Positions 1-10,069 of a stretch of 64,000 bases of DNA are shown piece after piece. The position numbers and the translations under genes were made by a program. Below the pieces are notes generated by a model. That model did not search any database, was not told the origin of the DNA, and worked only from the letters and a program-made list of their open reading frames with translations. Source of the stretch: Salinivirgaceae bacterium. GTDB lineage: Bacteria; Bacteroidota; Bacteroidia; Bacteroidales; SZUA-534. Positions within the stretch are counted from its first letter, which is position 1, and each line of letters starts with the position of its first letter. The stretch is from assembly GCA_024405635.1 (NCBI GenBank), contig JAKSOL010000002.1, positions 128,001-192,000 on the forward strand, given 5' to 3'.

Positions 1-756
1 GAATGAGTTGAAGTTACCAAGACATTTTTCAAGCATATCATTTACACCATTTGATGTAAGTGTACCACCTGAAATGGCGTCAACTTGGTCTTTGTCGTTA
101 ACAGCAGTTCCTGCTTTTACAACAGCGATTGATGTTAGTGCACTATCGCGAAGAATGTTCTTTCCTACAAATTGGTTACGGAACTCGTCGGTGGTGATTT
201 TTGCACCCAAACCTGGAGTTTCGCTGTCGTGAGTGAAGAATACTCCGTAAACAGTGCTTTTGTTTTCGTCAACTGAAATGTAGCCACCAATTGCGCCCCA
301 TAGACCATTACCTACAAGAGGAATAATGTATTTAACACCTTGTGGAAGTTCGCATTTGTAAACCACATTGTATTTTTCGGAACCAATAACATTGAAATCG
401 GCAACAGCGCCTTTTTCATTGCCCTCGGTGTCAAGCACTGCTTTAACATATTTGTTAAAGTCGGCATTGGCATCGGTAGAGTTAATGTTAACTGCCGAAA
501 GAATTTGCTTTTTGGTAGCAAGTTTAACGTTGTCGTCTTGTTTTGCTTTAAGTGCCGACGAAACGGCAGCTAACAAGAATGCAACTATAACTACCATTAC
601 GGCTGCATAAATAAGGGTGTAGCCGTTGCTGTTCGTTGATATTTTCTTTTTCTCTTCAACGAATTCTGAAGCTGGAGCTTTGCAAGTAGGGCACTCAGCT
701 GGTGCGCTACTACCTTCGTGGATATAACCACAAACTTTGCATTTAAATTTTGCCAT
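1..756 (-). CDS. nqrC: Na+-translocating NADH:quinone reductase subunit C with N-terminal rubredoxin-like domain (3' end runs off window)
   Basis: Not in ORF track; hand translation from ATG at 756: MAKFKCKVCGYIHEGSSAPAECPTCKAPASEF-VEEKKKISTNSNGYTLIYAAVMVVIVAFLLAAVSSALK...VDAISGGTLTSNGV (FMN-attachment SGGT motif); directly downstream of nqrB. Confidence 0.92.
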   Translation of the reverse strand, partial: MAKFKCKVCGYIHEGSSAPAECPTCKAPASEFVEEKKKISTNSNGYTLIYAAVMVVIVAFLLAAVSSALKAKQDDNVKLATKKQILSAVNINSTDANADFNKYVKAVLDTEGNEKGAVADFNVIGSEKYNVVYKCELPQGVKYIIPLVGNGLWGAIGGYISVDENKSTVYGVFFTHDSETPGLGAKITTDEFRNQFVGKNILRDSALTSIAVVKAGTAVNDKDQVDAISGGTLTSNGVNDMLEKCLGNFNSF

Positions 757-766
757 TGTTCGTTGA

Positions 767-1906
767 TTATTTAGTTGTTTTAACACGATTCAAGCGTTTC
801 GATATGTTGCGCGAAACAACGCAGTGGTCAATCAATGGAGCAAATGTGTTCATCAAAAGAATTGCAAGCATCATGCCCTCTGGGTAACCAGGGTTCATAA
901 CTCGAATGATGATTGCCATTGCGCCAATTAAGAAACCGTAGATGTATTTGCCAGTCTCGGTACGTGATGATGTTACAGGGTCGGTTGCCATAAATACAGC
1001 TCCGAATGCAAAACCACCAATGATAAGATGCTCATACCATGTTAGGCACGACATTCCACTAGCATTGAAAACAAAGCCCATTAAGGCTCCACCTACAAAT
1101 ACCGATACCATTGTTTTCCAACTTGCAACACCAGTCCACAATAGGATTACTGCGCCAATTAAGATTGCAACTACACTAGTTTCACCTATTGAACCAGGAA
1201 TAAATCCAAGGAATGCATTCATGTCGTTTGCTGGGTTGTATGTTCCAGCTGCTGCTAATGCAAGAGGAGTTGCTCCTGAAAAACCGTCGGCCATTTGTTC
1301 AGCACCATACCAAACTTGGTCGCCCGAAATTTTGGTAGGATATGCAAAGAAGATGAATGCGCGAGCAACAAGGGCTGGGTTCCAAAGGTTCATACCAGTG
1401 CCACCAAATACTTCTTTAACAAATATTACTGAAAATGCGGTTGCAATTGCTACCATCCACAATGGAATGTCGGCTGGCATAACTAAAGGAATAATCATAC
1501 CTGATACAAGGTAACCTTCGTTAACCTCGTGACCATTGATTTGTGCAGAGATAAACTCGATAGCCAAACCAACTACGTATGATACAACAACAATAGGTAG
1601 AACTTTGATAAGTCCGTAGCAAACAATTTCGCCAAAAGTTGCGGCGTTGTTGCCAATGGCAAGGAAATGTTGGTAACCAGTATTCCATATGCCAAAGAAT
1701 AGTGCAGGCACAAGGGCAATGATAACTGCGGTCATTGTACGTTTCAAGTCCACAGCATCGCGTACGTGCACACCGCCTTGGTTTACAGTGTTAGGTGTAA
1801 ACAAGAATGTTTCGAACGCTCCAAAGGTTGAGCGGAACTTAGCAAACTTGCCACCCTCGCTGAATTGCGGTTTTATGCGGTCAATGTAATTTCTAAGTGC
1901 TTTCAT
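767..1906 (-). CDS. nqrB: Na+-translocating NADH:quinone reductase subunit B
   Basis: Polytopic membrane protein with KEVFGGTG, DGFSGATPL (FMN-Thr), FMATDPV, YPEGMMLAIL motifs. Confidence 0.96.
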   Translation of the reverse strand: MKALRNYIDRIKPQFSEGGKFAKFRSTFGAFETFLFTPNTVNQGGVHVRDAVDLKRTMTAVIIALVPALFFGIWNTGYQHFLAIGNNAATFGEIVCYGLIKVLPIVVVSYVVGLAIEFISAQINGHEVNEGYLVSGMIIPLVMPADIPLWMVAIATAFSVIFVKEVFGGTGMNLWNPALVARAFIFFAYPTKISGDQVWYGAEQMADGFSGATPLALAAAGTYNPANDMNAFLGFIPGSIGETSVVAILIGAVILLWTGVASWKTMVSVFVGGALMGFVFNASGMSCLTWYEHLIIGGFAFGAVFMATDPVTSSRTETGKYIYGFLIGAMAIIIRVMNPGYPEGMMLAILLMNTFAPLIDHCVVSRNISKRLNRVKTTK

Positions 1907-1923
1907 TTTATACTAATAAATTA

Positions 1924-3279
1924 TTATCCCACTTCGGTGTACATAAGGTTCAAACCATTGCGAAGAATTTTTTGCACTTGAATTTTTGAAGTACAAGCAA
2001 ATTCACACAATGCCAAATCTTCTTCAATTACCTCATAAATACCCAATTGCTCCATTTTGTCAATGTCTTGTGCCATGATGGCTTTTACCAAGAATTCTGG
2101 ATAAATGTCCATTGGCAAAACGCTGTCGTATTGGTTACTTACTACAATGGCGCGAGGCTCACCGTGAGTATTGGTGTTCATCTCATATTCTTTTTTTGGC
2201 ATTAGCCATGAGAAGAAAGTGCGGCCTGCACTGAATTTGTTAAATCCAGGAGCTGCCCATCCCATAAACTCGTAATCGTTGCCTTCTGGGATAACTGTTA
2301 TTTGGTTGCTAAAGAAACCAAGGTATCCGTTTGCATCAATTTGTGTGCCTGTTAGTACGTTGCCGCTGATGATGCGGTTGTTGTCGCCTTCAACGTTGCC
2401 GGCCAAAATGCTAGCTACGTTTGCGCCAAGTACTGTGCGGTAATATTTAGGTGCCTTAACTTGGCTACCAGTAAGAGCAATTACTTTGGTAGCATCAAAC
2501 ACTCCTTTGCTAAATAGCCGTCCTATTATCAGCAAATCTTGAGGGTTGATTGTCCAAACTATTTCACCTTTGTTAATTGGATCGATGTGGTTGATTTGAA
2601 CGCCCACATTACCTGCAGGGTGTGGCCCTTCAAATTCGTGAATTTCAGCACCTTTTACTGAAGAGTAAATTTTGCTCATTGGGTATGCTCCGTTGTATGA
2701 CAAGTGAACTTGTCCATTGGTGAGCACTTTCAAAACATCGATACCCATTTGGAAATCAGATTCTTGACCAGAAAGGATGAAGTCGTAATCAGGTGCTAGC
2801 GGAGCGCTATCAAATCCCGATACGAAAATAGCCTTTGGTGTTTGCGATGGGTTGGCAATGATGTCGTATGGACGTTGTTTAATTAGCGGCCATGCTCCAG
2901 CATTTAGTAAGGTTTCAACAACCTTTTCGCGGCCCATTTTGGCTGGGTTTGCTACTTCAAATTTTACTGATTCATTTTGTCCATCTGGCTCAATAACAAA
3001 TGCCAAGATGCGACGACGATCACCTCTAACAATCTGTTTTAGAGTGCCACTTACTGGCGAGGTGAATTTTACTTCGGGGTGGTTCTTGTCAAAGAACACG
3101 GCATCGCCTGCTTTAACTTTGTCTCCTTCAGCTATTGCTGGTTTTGGAGTTAACATGTTAAAGTCAGTTGGTTTTAGAGCAATGCTTTTTACTGCAGATG
3201 TGCTTTGCTCAAAAACTTTTTCAGCCTTACCCTTCAGAGGGATATTCAATCCCTTGCGGAGTTTTACTTTTTGCGACAT
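1924..3279 (-). CDS. nqrA: Na+-translocating NADH:quinone reductase subunit A
   Basis: KLRKGLNIPL N-terminus, GPHPAGNVG, EEDLALCEFACTSK; start moved to ATG 3279 downstream of the promoter box. Confidence 0.96.
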   Translation of the reverse strand: MSQKVKLRKGLNIPLKGKAEKVFEQSTSAVKSIALKPTDFNMLTPKPAIAEGDKVKAGDAVFFDKNHPEVKFTSPVSGTLKQIVRGDRRRILAFVIEPDGQNESVKFEVANPAKMGREKVVETLLNAGAWPLIKQRPYDIIANPSQTPKAIFVSGFDSAPLAPDYDFILSGQESDFQMGIDVLKVLTNGQVHLSYNGAYPMSKIYSSVKGAEIHEFEGPHPAGNVGVQINHIDPINKGEIVWTINPQDLLIIGRLFSKGVFDATKVIALTGSQVKAPKYYRTVLGANVASILAGNVEGDNNRIISGNVLTGTQIDANGYLGFFSNQITVIPEGNDYEFMGWAAPGFNKFSAGRTFFSWLMPKKEYEMNTNTHGEPRAIVVSNQYDSVLPMDIYPEFLVKAIMAQDIDKMEQLGIYEVIEEDLALCEFACTSKIQVQKILRNGLNLMYTEVG

Positions 3280-3312
3280 AATACTGCTATTAGTTTTAAA
3301 AAAACGGCGGTG

Positions 3313-3320
3313 CAAATGTA
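3313..3320 (-). promoter_or_regulatory. Bacteroidetes -7 promoter box (TACATTTG) for nqr operon
   Basis: Matches TAnnTTTG consensus about 35 nt upstream of nqrA ATG. Confidence 0.7.
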
Positions 3321-3413
3321 TGAAAATCAACGGCCTTTTCAATGAACAATGGAATGCTATTGTCAAAAAAGAATAAACATGCTGATAATAAACTGTTTGC
3401 CGATTTTTTTTTG

Positions 3414-3467
3414 AAAAAAGAAGCCCAGTTTGATAGTGTGTTGCACTGCCAAACTGGGCTCTTTTTT
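3414..3467 (-). terminator. Intrinsic terminator after eda
   Basis: AGCCCAGTTTG...CAAACTGGGCT stem flanked by A/T runs. Confidence 0.75.
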
Positions 3468-3480
3468 ACATGTTGTTTGT

Positions 3481-4149
3481 TTACTTCAACTCTTTAACAA
3501 TGTTAAGGCTTTCGCGAACTTTGTTTTCAATAAATTTCCAATCGCCCTTTTCAATAACATCTTTTGGTGTTAGTTGAGAACCTAGTCCTACACAGCAAAC
3601 TCCTGCTTTGAACCACGATTCTAGACTCTCGCGTTCAGGTGCAACGCCTCCGCTTGGCATAATGTTGGTCCATGGGCATGGGGCTTTTACTGCTTTAACA
3701 AATGATGGGCCTCCAACTTCTTTGCCTGGGAATATTTTCACAATCTCGCAGCCTAGTTCTTCTGCAAGGTTAATTTCGCTTAATGTTCCGCAGCCGGGCA
3801 ACCATGCTATTTTGCGGCGGTTGCACACTTTTGCCATGTCGGGGTTGAGGCTTGGCGATACAATAAAATTTGCACCAAGTTGAATGTAAAGTGCTGCTGT
3901 GGCTGGATCTACTACCGAGCCAACGCCCATTGCCATTTCAGGGCAGTTTGTTGCGCACCATTTGTTTACTTCGGCAAATACTTCGTGAGCAAAATCACCG
4001 CGGTTGGTGAATTCAAAAACGCGTGCGCCGCCATCGTAGCAGGCTTTTACTACGTTTTTTACAAGTTCAACGTCTTTGTTATAGTAAAGAGGCACAATAC
4101 CTGTGCTCACCATTGTGTTTAGTACATCTAATCTTTTGAAACGTGCCAT
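3481..4149 (-). CDS. eda: KDPG/KHG aldolase
   Basis: EFTNRG, GVGSVVD, PGCGTLSE, VKIFPG (Schiff-base Lys), IMPSGGV. Confidence 0.93.
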   Translation of the reverse strand: MARFKRLDVLNTMVSTGIVPLYYNKDVELVKNVVKACYDGGARVFEFTNRGDFAHEVFAEVNKWCATNCPEMAMGVGSVVDPATAALYIQLGANFIVSPSLNPDMAKVCNRRKIAWLPGCGTLSEINLAEELGCEIVKIFPGKEVGGPSFVKAVKAPCPWTNIMPSGGVAPERESLESWFKAGVCCVGLGSQLTPKDVIEKGDWKFIENKVRESLNIVKELK

Positions 4150-4172
4150 AATAGTATGTTTGTTATTTGTAA

Positions 4173-5207
4173 TTATCTTGAAACTCGTCCGCTAGCATCG
4201 CCGTTCATAAGTTTTTCAACTTCGGCAACCGAAACGCGGTTGTAGTCGCCATAAATAGTGTGTTTTAGGCACGATGCGGCTACAGCAAAGTTTAGTGCTT
4301 TTTGGTCGTCGCCTGTGTAGGTTTGTAAACCGTAGATTAGTCCGCCCATAAACGAGTCGCCGCCACCAACGCGGTCAACAATGTGTGTTATTTGGTATTC
4401 TGGTGATTTGAATAGTGTTTTGCCGTCGTAAAGAACTCCTGCCCAGTTGTTGTGGTTTGCATTGATGCTGCTGCGTAGGGTAGTGATGACTTTTTTGCAG
4501 CGTGGGAATTTTGCCATAATTTGTTGTGAAACTGAAAGGTAAGCGTCGGCTGTTACTTTGCCGCCTTCAACATTCACACCTTCAGGTTTAATGCCAAGTG
4601 CTTTTTCGGCATCTTCTTCGTTTCCAAGAATAACATCGCAACCGGCTACTAGTTCAGGCATTACTTCCATTGCGCTTTTACCATACTTCCATAGGTTTTT
4701 GCGGTAGTTTAGGTCGCACGAAACGGTTATGCCACGTTGGTTGGCTGCTTTAATTGCTTCAAGGCAAACTCGTGCTGCACCTGCTGAAATGGCTGGAGTT
4801 ATGCCTGTCCAATGAAACCAACCGGCGCCTTCAAATACTTTGTCCCAGTCTATCATTCCGCTTTCAATTTCGGCGATTGACGATCCTGCACGGTCGTATA
4901 TTACTTTGCTGGCTCGGCTAACTGCGCCAGTTTCAAGGTAGTAAATACCAATGCGGTTGCCGCCGTAAACAATGTCGTTTACATCAACTCCAAAGCCGCG
5001 CAATTCGCGTACGCACGAGTCGGCAATATCGTTTTTGGGCAATCGAGTTACAAAACTTACTGGAATGCCATAGTTTGCTAGCGAAACGGCTACGTTGGCC
5101 TCGCCTCCACCAAATGTGGCGCTCAACATGTTTGATTGTCCAAAACGTTCGTAGCCTGGAGTGGCAAGACGAAGCATCACTTCGCCAAATGTTACTGTCT
5201 TTTTCAT
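4173..5207 (-). CDS. kdgK: 2-keto-3-deoxygluconate kinase (PfkB family)
   Basis: FGEVMLRL, GGGEANVA, DLNYRKNLW, DRVGGGDSF motifs; next to eda and uxaC. Confidence 0.93.
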   Translation of the reverse strand: MKKTVTFGEVMLRLATPGYERFGQSNMLSATFGGGEANVAVSLANYGIPVSFVTRLPKNDIADSCVRELRGFGVDVNDIVYGGNRIGIYYLETGAVSRASKVIYDRAGSSIAEIESGMIDWDKVFEGAGWFHWTGITPAISAGAARVCLEAIKAANQRGITVSCDLNYRKNLWKYGKSAMEVMPELVAGCDVILGNEEDAEKALGIKPEGVNVEGGKVTADAYLSVSQQIMAKFPRCKKVITTLRSSINANHNNWAGVLYDGKTLFKSPEYQITHIVDRVGGGDSFMGGLIYGLQTYTGDDQKALNFAVAASCLKHTIYGDYNRVSVAEVEKLMNGDASGRVSR

Positions 5208-5237
5208 TTTTTGAGTATTATTTAATGTTAGTTGTTG

Positions 5238-7166
5238 TCATTTAGTTATGCTGAAAGGGAACGCTGGTAGTCCTTCTTTGCTATAAAGGTTTATTTTGCC
5301 TGGGTTGTCGGCCCAAGCATAGCGAACACTTACTGGTTTTTTAACTTTTTTGCTGCTTACAATTACTTTGTTGCCAATAAGTTGCGCATCGGCCCAATAG
5401 TATTTACCATCGGCACCTGCAATTGCAAAAGCTGTAGGCGCTTTGCCGTCGGTTGTTGTAAGCCCGCTGCCGCAGTTGGTAAACTCAATGGTGGCTTTGT
5501 TGCCTTTTACCGTGAGTTTGGTTGCTGTTGGGGCGTCGGCTATTACTTTGTTGTCGCCGTAGGCTTTCGATTTTGCTTGCAGATAAACGCGATGTGCAAG
5601 GTCTTTTTTGTTGAGTGGGTGAATGTCGTTCCACTCGCCAAGGTCAATGGCACACACAAGCGATGTGTTTTCGCTTTGGTTGGCGGCATCGGCTTGTGCC
5701 TGACGCATACGAGCCCAAGTTCCGTTGCTTGGCTCGGCAACTTCTTCCATAAAGTTTGGTAGTTGAATAACAATGAAAGGTAAATTGCTGTTGTTTAAAT
5801 CTTTACGCCAACTGCTAATGAGCGTTTTTAAAAGAGGGGTGTACTCTTTGTCGTGTCCTGCATTTGATTCGCCTTGATACCAAATGGCGCCAGTGTAGTT
5901 AAATCCCAAAGCTGGAGCCAACATGCCGTTGTAAAGTCCAGCTGGTTTCCATCGAAGGAAAGCCGATGCTGGTGCGCGTCGAATGGTGCTAGCACGGCGG
6001 AATTTCCATTCTCCACTCAAGTCAATGGTGTCGTTCTCAAGTTGCAGAATATAGTCTTTGTCGGTTACAAATTCACCATTTGCACCGTTTTCAACTGCAC
6101 GTACAGCAATGTAGTTTTCACCTTCGTGCATTAGTCCATCTGGAATATCGTAGCGGCGAGGAGGGTATTGGTATCCTGTTGAACCAACTTTTTCACCGTT
6201 TATGTATATCTCGTCGGCATCAACAATTACTCCCATTATTATTTTTTGTACCGATGCTGCTTGTTCTGCCGTAAGAATAATGCGTTTAGCAAACCATAAT
6301 GCGCCTGCCGATTGCACTGTGTCAAAACAACACCAAGTGCCTGGAATAATTGCGTTTTCCCAACTTTCGATATCGGTTTCGGGGCTTTCCCAATGATTTT
6401 TGTATCCCAAGTCGAGGTTTGTTAGTTTAGTGTACCATGCATCCGACTTCTCTTTGTCTCTTTTGTTTATTTGGGCAGTTAGCGAGTCGTTTTGCATACG
6501 TTTAAGTTCGTTGTATGCAGTTGGATAAGCTTTTAGTTCTTCTTCTGAAATCCAAGCCTCAATAGGTGAGCCTCCTAAACTTACGTTCATTATGCCTATT
6601 GGAATGTTGAGGTCGCGGCTCAATTCGTCGGCAAAAAAGTAGGTAAGTGCACCAAATTGGCCAACGGTTTGTGGATTAACGGTTAGCCATTTTCCTCCGT
6701 CAAGGTCCTCTTGTGGAGCGTGAAAGTTATATCGGTCGGGTACTTTTGTGTAGCGAACGTTTTGATTATTTGCGTTTTCAATCACTCCAGGGAATATCCA
6801 TTCAACGCGGCGAATTGGTAATTCCATGTTTGATTGGCCAGAGCAAAGCCAAACATCGCCAATAAGCACATTGTTAATTACAACGGTGTCTGATGCACTA
6901 ATTGTTATGTTGTATGGCCCGCCTGCTGGTTGCGATGGAATTTTTACACTCCATTTGCCATTTTCGGCAGCAATGGCTGTGTAGTTTGCATTTTTAAAGT
7001 TTACGTTAACTTTTTCTCCAACTGAAGCCCAACCCCAAATGTTTATTTCGGCATTGCGTTGAAAAACCATATTGTCGCTAATTAGTTTTGGCATTTTTAT
7101 TTGCGCATCAATTTGGGTGGCAAACAATGTTGCTACAGCTAATAGCAATTGTCTAGTTAGTTTCAT
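5238..7166 (-). CDS. Secreted sialate O-acetylesterase-family (SASA/DUF303) esterase with inserted beta-sandwich domain
   Basis: Signal peptide; GDVWLCSGQSNME, IWYQGESN, DIHP catalytic motifs; ATG at 7166. Confidence 0.85.
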   Translation of the reverse strand: MKLTRQLLLAVATLFATQIDAQIKMPKLISDNMVFQRNAEINIWGWASVGEKVNVNFKNANYTAIAAENGKWSVKIPSQPAGGPYNITISASDTVVINNVLIGDVWLCSGQSNMELPIRRVEWIFPGVIENANNQNVRYTKVPDRYNFHAPQEDLDGGKWLTVNPQTVGQFGALTYFFADELSRDLNIPIGIMNVSLGGSPIEAWISEEELKAYPTAYNELKRMQNDSLTAQINKRDKEKSDAWYTKLTNLDLGYKNHWESPETDIESWENAIIPGTWCCFDTVQSAGALWFAKRIILTAEQAASVQKIIMGVIVDADEIYINGEKVGSTGYQYPPRRYDIPDGLMHEGENYIAVRAVENGANGEFVTDKDYILQLENDTIDLSGEWKFRRASTIRRAPASAFLRWKPAGLYNGMLAPALGFNYTGAIWYQGESNAGHDKEYTPLLKTLISSWRKDLNNSNLPFIVIQLPNFMEEVAEPSNGTWARMRQAQADAANQSENTSLVCAIDLGEWNDIHPLNKKDLAHRVYLQAKSKAYGDNKVIADAPTATKLTVKGNKATIEFTNCGSGLTTTDGKAPTAFAIAGADGKYYWADAQLIGNKVIVSSKKVKKPVSVRYAWADNPGKINLYSKEGLPAFPFSITK

Positions 7167-7184
7167 GTTCAAAAGGGTTTATGT

Positions 7185-8585
7185 TTAAAAGTTGAAATAT
7201 TGTTTCGCGTTTTTGTAGCAAATGTTTTCTACAATTCCGCCAACAAGATTAAGGTCGTTTGGCAATTCACCGTTTTCAATGTCGCGACCAAATAAGTTGC
7301 ATAAAATGCGGCGGAAATAGTCGTGACGAGGGTACGATAAAAAGCTGCGCGAGTCGGTAAGCATACCAACAAAACGGCTGAGCAAACCATGGTTCGAAAG
7401 GCAATTCAATTGTTTTTCGATGCCGTCTTTTTGGTCAAGAAACCACCATGCAGAGCCCCATTGCATTTTGCCTGCTATGGTTCCGTCTTGGAAGTTGCCA
7501 ATCATTGTTGCAAAAACTTCGTTGTCGGCTGGGTTTATGTTGTATAAAATGGTTTTTGCTAGTTGGTTTGAACTATCAAGTCGGTCAAGAAATTTTGACA
7601 TTGATTGTGCTTGACTGAAATCGCCCATGCTATCAAATCCAGTATCAGGACCTAAAGTGCTTAGCAAACGAGTGTTGTTGTTGCGTACCGGTCCAGCATG
7701 GAATTGTTGAATCCAACCTTTTGCATGCACTTGCAATGCAAATCGGTAAAGTGCTGCCGATTGAAATTTAAGCACTTCTTGTCGCGACAATTGATTGCCT
7801 TTGCGAACTTTTTGAAAAATATTTTCAATCTCAGCATCGGTGTAATCTTCGGCATATAGAAAATCCAAACCGAAGTCGGCTAAGCGACAACCGCAGTTGT
7901 GAAAGTAGTCAATACGGTTATCTAGCGCATCAAACAACGTGTTGAAACTATTTATGTCAACATTTGCAGCTTCGGCAAGTTTGTCAATGTAAGTGTTGTA
8001 ACTAACAGCATCAGCAACGGCCGAAGCTTTGTCGGGGCGCCAAGTTGGTAGTATTTTGGTTGGACAAGCTGATTGGGCAATTTGTTTGTGATATTGCAAG
8101 TTATCAATAGGATCGTCGGTTGTGCACGCCGATTCTACGTTCATCATTCTCATCATGTCCCAAACTCGCATTTTTCCACTTTGCAACATCTCTTCGGTTT
8201 GCATGTAAATGCGTTCGGCCGATTCGGCATTTAACAACTCGTCAATGCCAAAGTACATTTTAAGTTCCAAGTGGGTCCAATGGTACAATGGGTTGCGTAG
8301 TGTGTTTGGCACAGTTTCGGCCCAAGCCATAAATTTTTCAAAATCAGATGCATTGCCAGTAATGTATTTTTCGTTTATACCATTTGCACGCAATGCACGC
8401 CATTTGTAATGGTCGCCCGAAAGCCATACTTGGGCAAGGTTGTCAAATTGCTTGTTTTCAGCAATTTGTTGTGGGATAAGGTGCGAGTGGTAGTCAATAA
8501 TTGGCTGTGGTTTCGCAAAGTCGTTATATAGTTTTTGTGCAGTTTGTGTTTGCAACAAAAAATTATCGGTTATAAAAGTTTTCAT
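7185..8585 (-). CDS. uxaC: Glucuronate/galacturonate isomerase
   Basis: IIDYHSHL, GDHYKWR, NPLYHWTHLEL, WWFLDQKDG, GMLTDSRSFLSY. Confidence 0.96.
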   Translation of the reverse strand: MKTFITDNFLLQTQTAQKLYNDFAKPQPIIDYHSHLIPQQIAENKQFDNLAQVWLSGDHYKWRALRANGINEKYITGNASDFEKFMAWAETVPNTLRNPLYHWTHLELKMYFGIDELLNAESAERIYMQTEEMLQSGKMRVWDMMRMMNVESACTTDDPIDNLQYHKQIAQSACPTKILPTWRPDKASAVADAVSYNTYIDKLAEAANVDINSFNTLFDALDNRIDYFHNCGCRLADFGLDFLYAEDYTDAEIENIFQKVRKGNQLSRQEVLKFQSAALYRFALQVHAKGWIQQFHAGPVRNNNTRLLSTLGPDTGFDSMGDFSQAQSMSKFLDRLDSSNQLAKTILYNINPADNEVFATMIGNFQDGTIAGKMQWGSAWWFLDQKDGIEKQLNCLSNHGLLSRFVGMLTDSRSFLSYPRHDYFRRILCNLFGRDIENGELPNDLNLVGGIVENICYKNAKQYFNF

Positions 8586-8596
8586 TGTATAAGTGT

Positions 8597-10045
8597 TTAA
8601 TCTTCAATCTTTTTGTATTGTGGAACAAGCGATTTCATTATAGACCAAGCAATAAGATAAGCTAGTCCGCAGATGCAGAATACTACGAAATAGGCTGCAG
8701 GTTTTCCTTCAAACCCCATAAACTGAATGGCTGCGCCTTGTTTTTCGGCATAATCGAAAAACATACCAGAGCCACGGTTTATAATGAATGAACTAATGCC
8801 CCCTGCCATTGTGCCAATTCCAACAATGGTTGCAACTGCCGATTTTGGAAACATGTCGCCAATGGTGCTATACAAGTTTGCGCTCCATGCTTGGTGTCCT
8901 GCGCCTACCAAACCTATTACAATTGCAGGAAACCATGCTGAAAATCCGCCCAAAGGTTGAGCAAGTAGTCCAACTAGTGGAATAAATGCAATTATTAGCA
9001 TGGCGCGCATACGGCCCGAGTATGTTTCCATGCCTTTTTGCTCAACAAAGTAGTTGGGGAGTTTGCACAGAAAAATTGAAAGTACAGTAACAATCAAATA
9101 CAAAGTCATGATAAGCAACATGCCAGTTCCCGACGATGCTTTGTATCCGTAAACATCTTGGAAATATCCAGGTGCCCAAAATAGCATAAACCACCATACT
9201 CCATCGGTAAAGAACTTGCCAACGCAAAAACTCCATGTTTGACGATAGGTGAAACATTTAAGAAACGATATTGGTTTTTCTGGTTTTGTTTCTGTGTTTG
9301 AACTTGCGATTTCTGCTGCATCGTCTTGACGAATGTAGTCAAGCTCAGCTTGATTAACGTGCTTTGAATTTTCGGGTTTGTCGTACATTTTTACAAAAAA
9401 TCCCATCCAAAAGAAACCCAATGCACCAATTATTATGAACGAGGCTTCCCATCCAAAAGCTTTGGCCAAAGGTGGAATCATTAGCGGTGCAACCAATGCG
9501 CCAACAGATGCTCCAGCGTTGAATAGTGAGGTAGCAAAGGCTCGGTCTTTTTTGGGAAAATATTCGGCAGTTACTTTAATGGCAGCCGGAAAGTTTCCGC
9601 TTTCGCCTAATCCCAATAGTGCTCGGCATCCTAAAAATAACCACACTCCTGTTGATGCAATTGCCAAGGCTGCCGCCGAACCGTTTTCAACACTGCGCAT
9701 AGCTTCAAGCGATTCGTATCCATGAATATTTTGAGTTATCACGCCACATAATGCGTGCAAGCAAGCAGCTACACTCCATAATCCTATGGCCCATAAATAA
9801 CCTTTACGTGTTCCTATCCAGTCAACAAATTTGCCCACAAACAACGTGCAAATGGCATAAAATAGCGAAAAGTAAGCTGTTACCATACCATAATCGTCGT
9901 CGGTCCAATGAAAATCGGGGTATATAAATTCTTTTGCTGTTAAACTTAAAACTTGACGGTCAAGATAATTGATGGTTGTTGCAAAAAACAGTAGGGAACA
10001 TATAACCCAACGGTATTTGCTCATTGTTTGGTTTAGTTTATTCAT
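8597..10045 (-). CDS. exuT: MFS hexuronate transporter
   Basis: TINYLDRQ, ESGNFPAAIK, AEYFPKKDRA; about 12 TM helices; adjacent to uxaC. Confidence 0.85.
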   Translation of the reverse strand: MNKLNQTMSKYRWVICSLLFFATTINYLDRQVLSLTAKEFIYPDFHWTDDDYGMVTAYFSLFYAICTLFVGKFVDWIGTRKGYLWAIGLWSVAACLHALCGVITQNIHGYESLEAMRSVENGSAAALAIASTGVWLFLGCRALLGLGESGNFPAAIKVTAEYFPKKDRAFATSLFNAGASVGALVAPLMIPPLAKAFGWEASFIIIGALGFFWMGFFVKMYDKPENSKHVNQAELDYIRQDDAAEIASSNTETKPEKPISFLKCFTYRQTWSFCVGKFFTDGVWWFMLFWAPGYFQDVYGYKASSGTGMLLIMTLYLIVTVLSIFLCKLPNYFVEQKGMETYSGRMRAMLIIAFIPLVGLLAQPLGGFSAWFPAIVIGLVGAGHQAWSANLYSTIGDMFPKSAVATIVGIGTMAGGISSFIINRGSGMFFDYAEKQGAAIQFMGFEGKPAAYFVVFCICGLAYLIAWSIMKSLVPQYKKIED

Positions 10046-10069
10046 ATAAATATGGTTTTATAAATGGTT

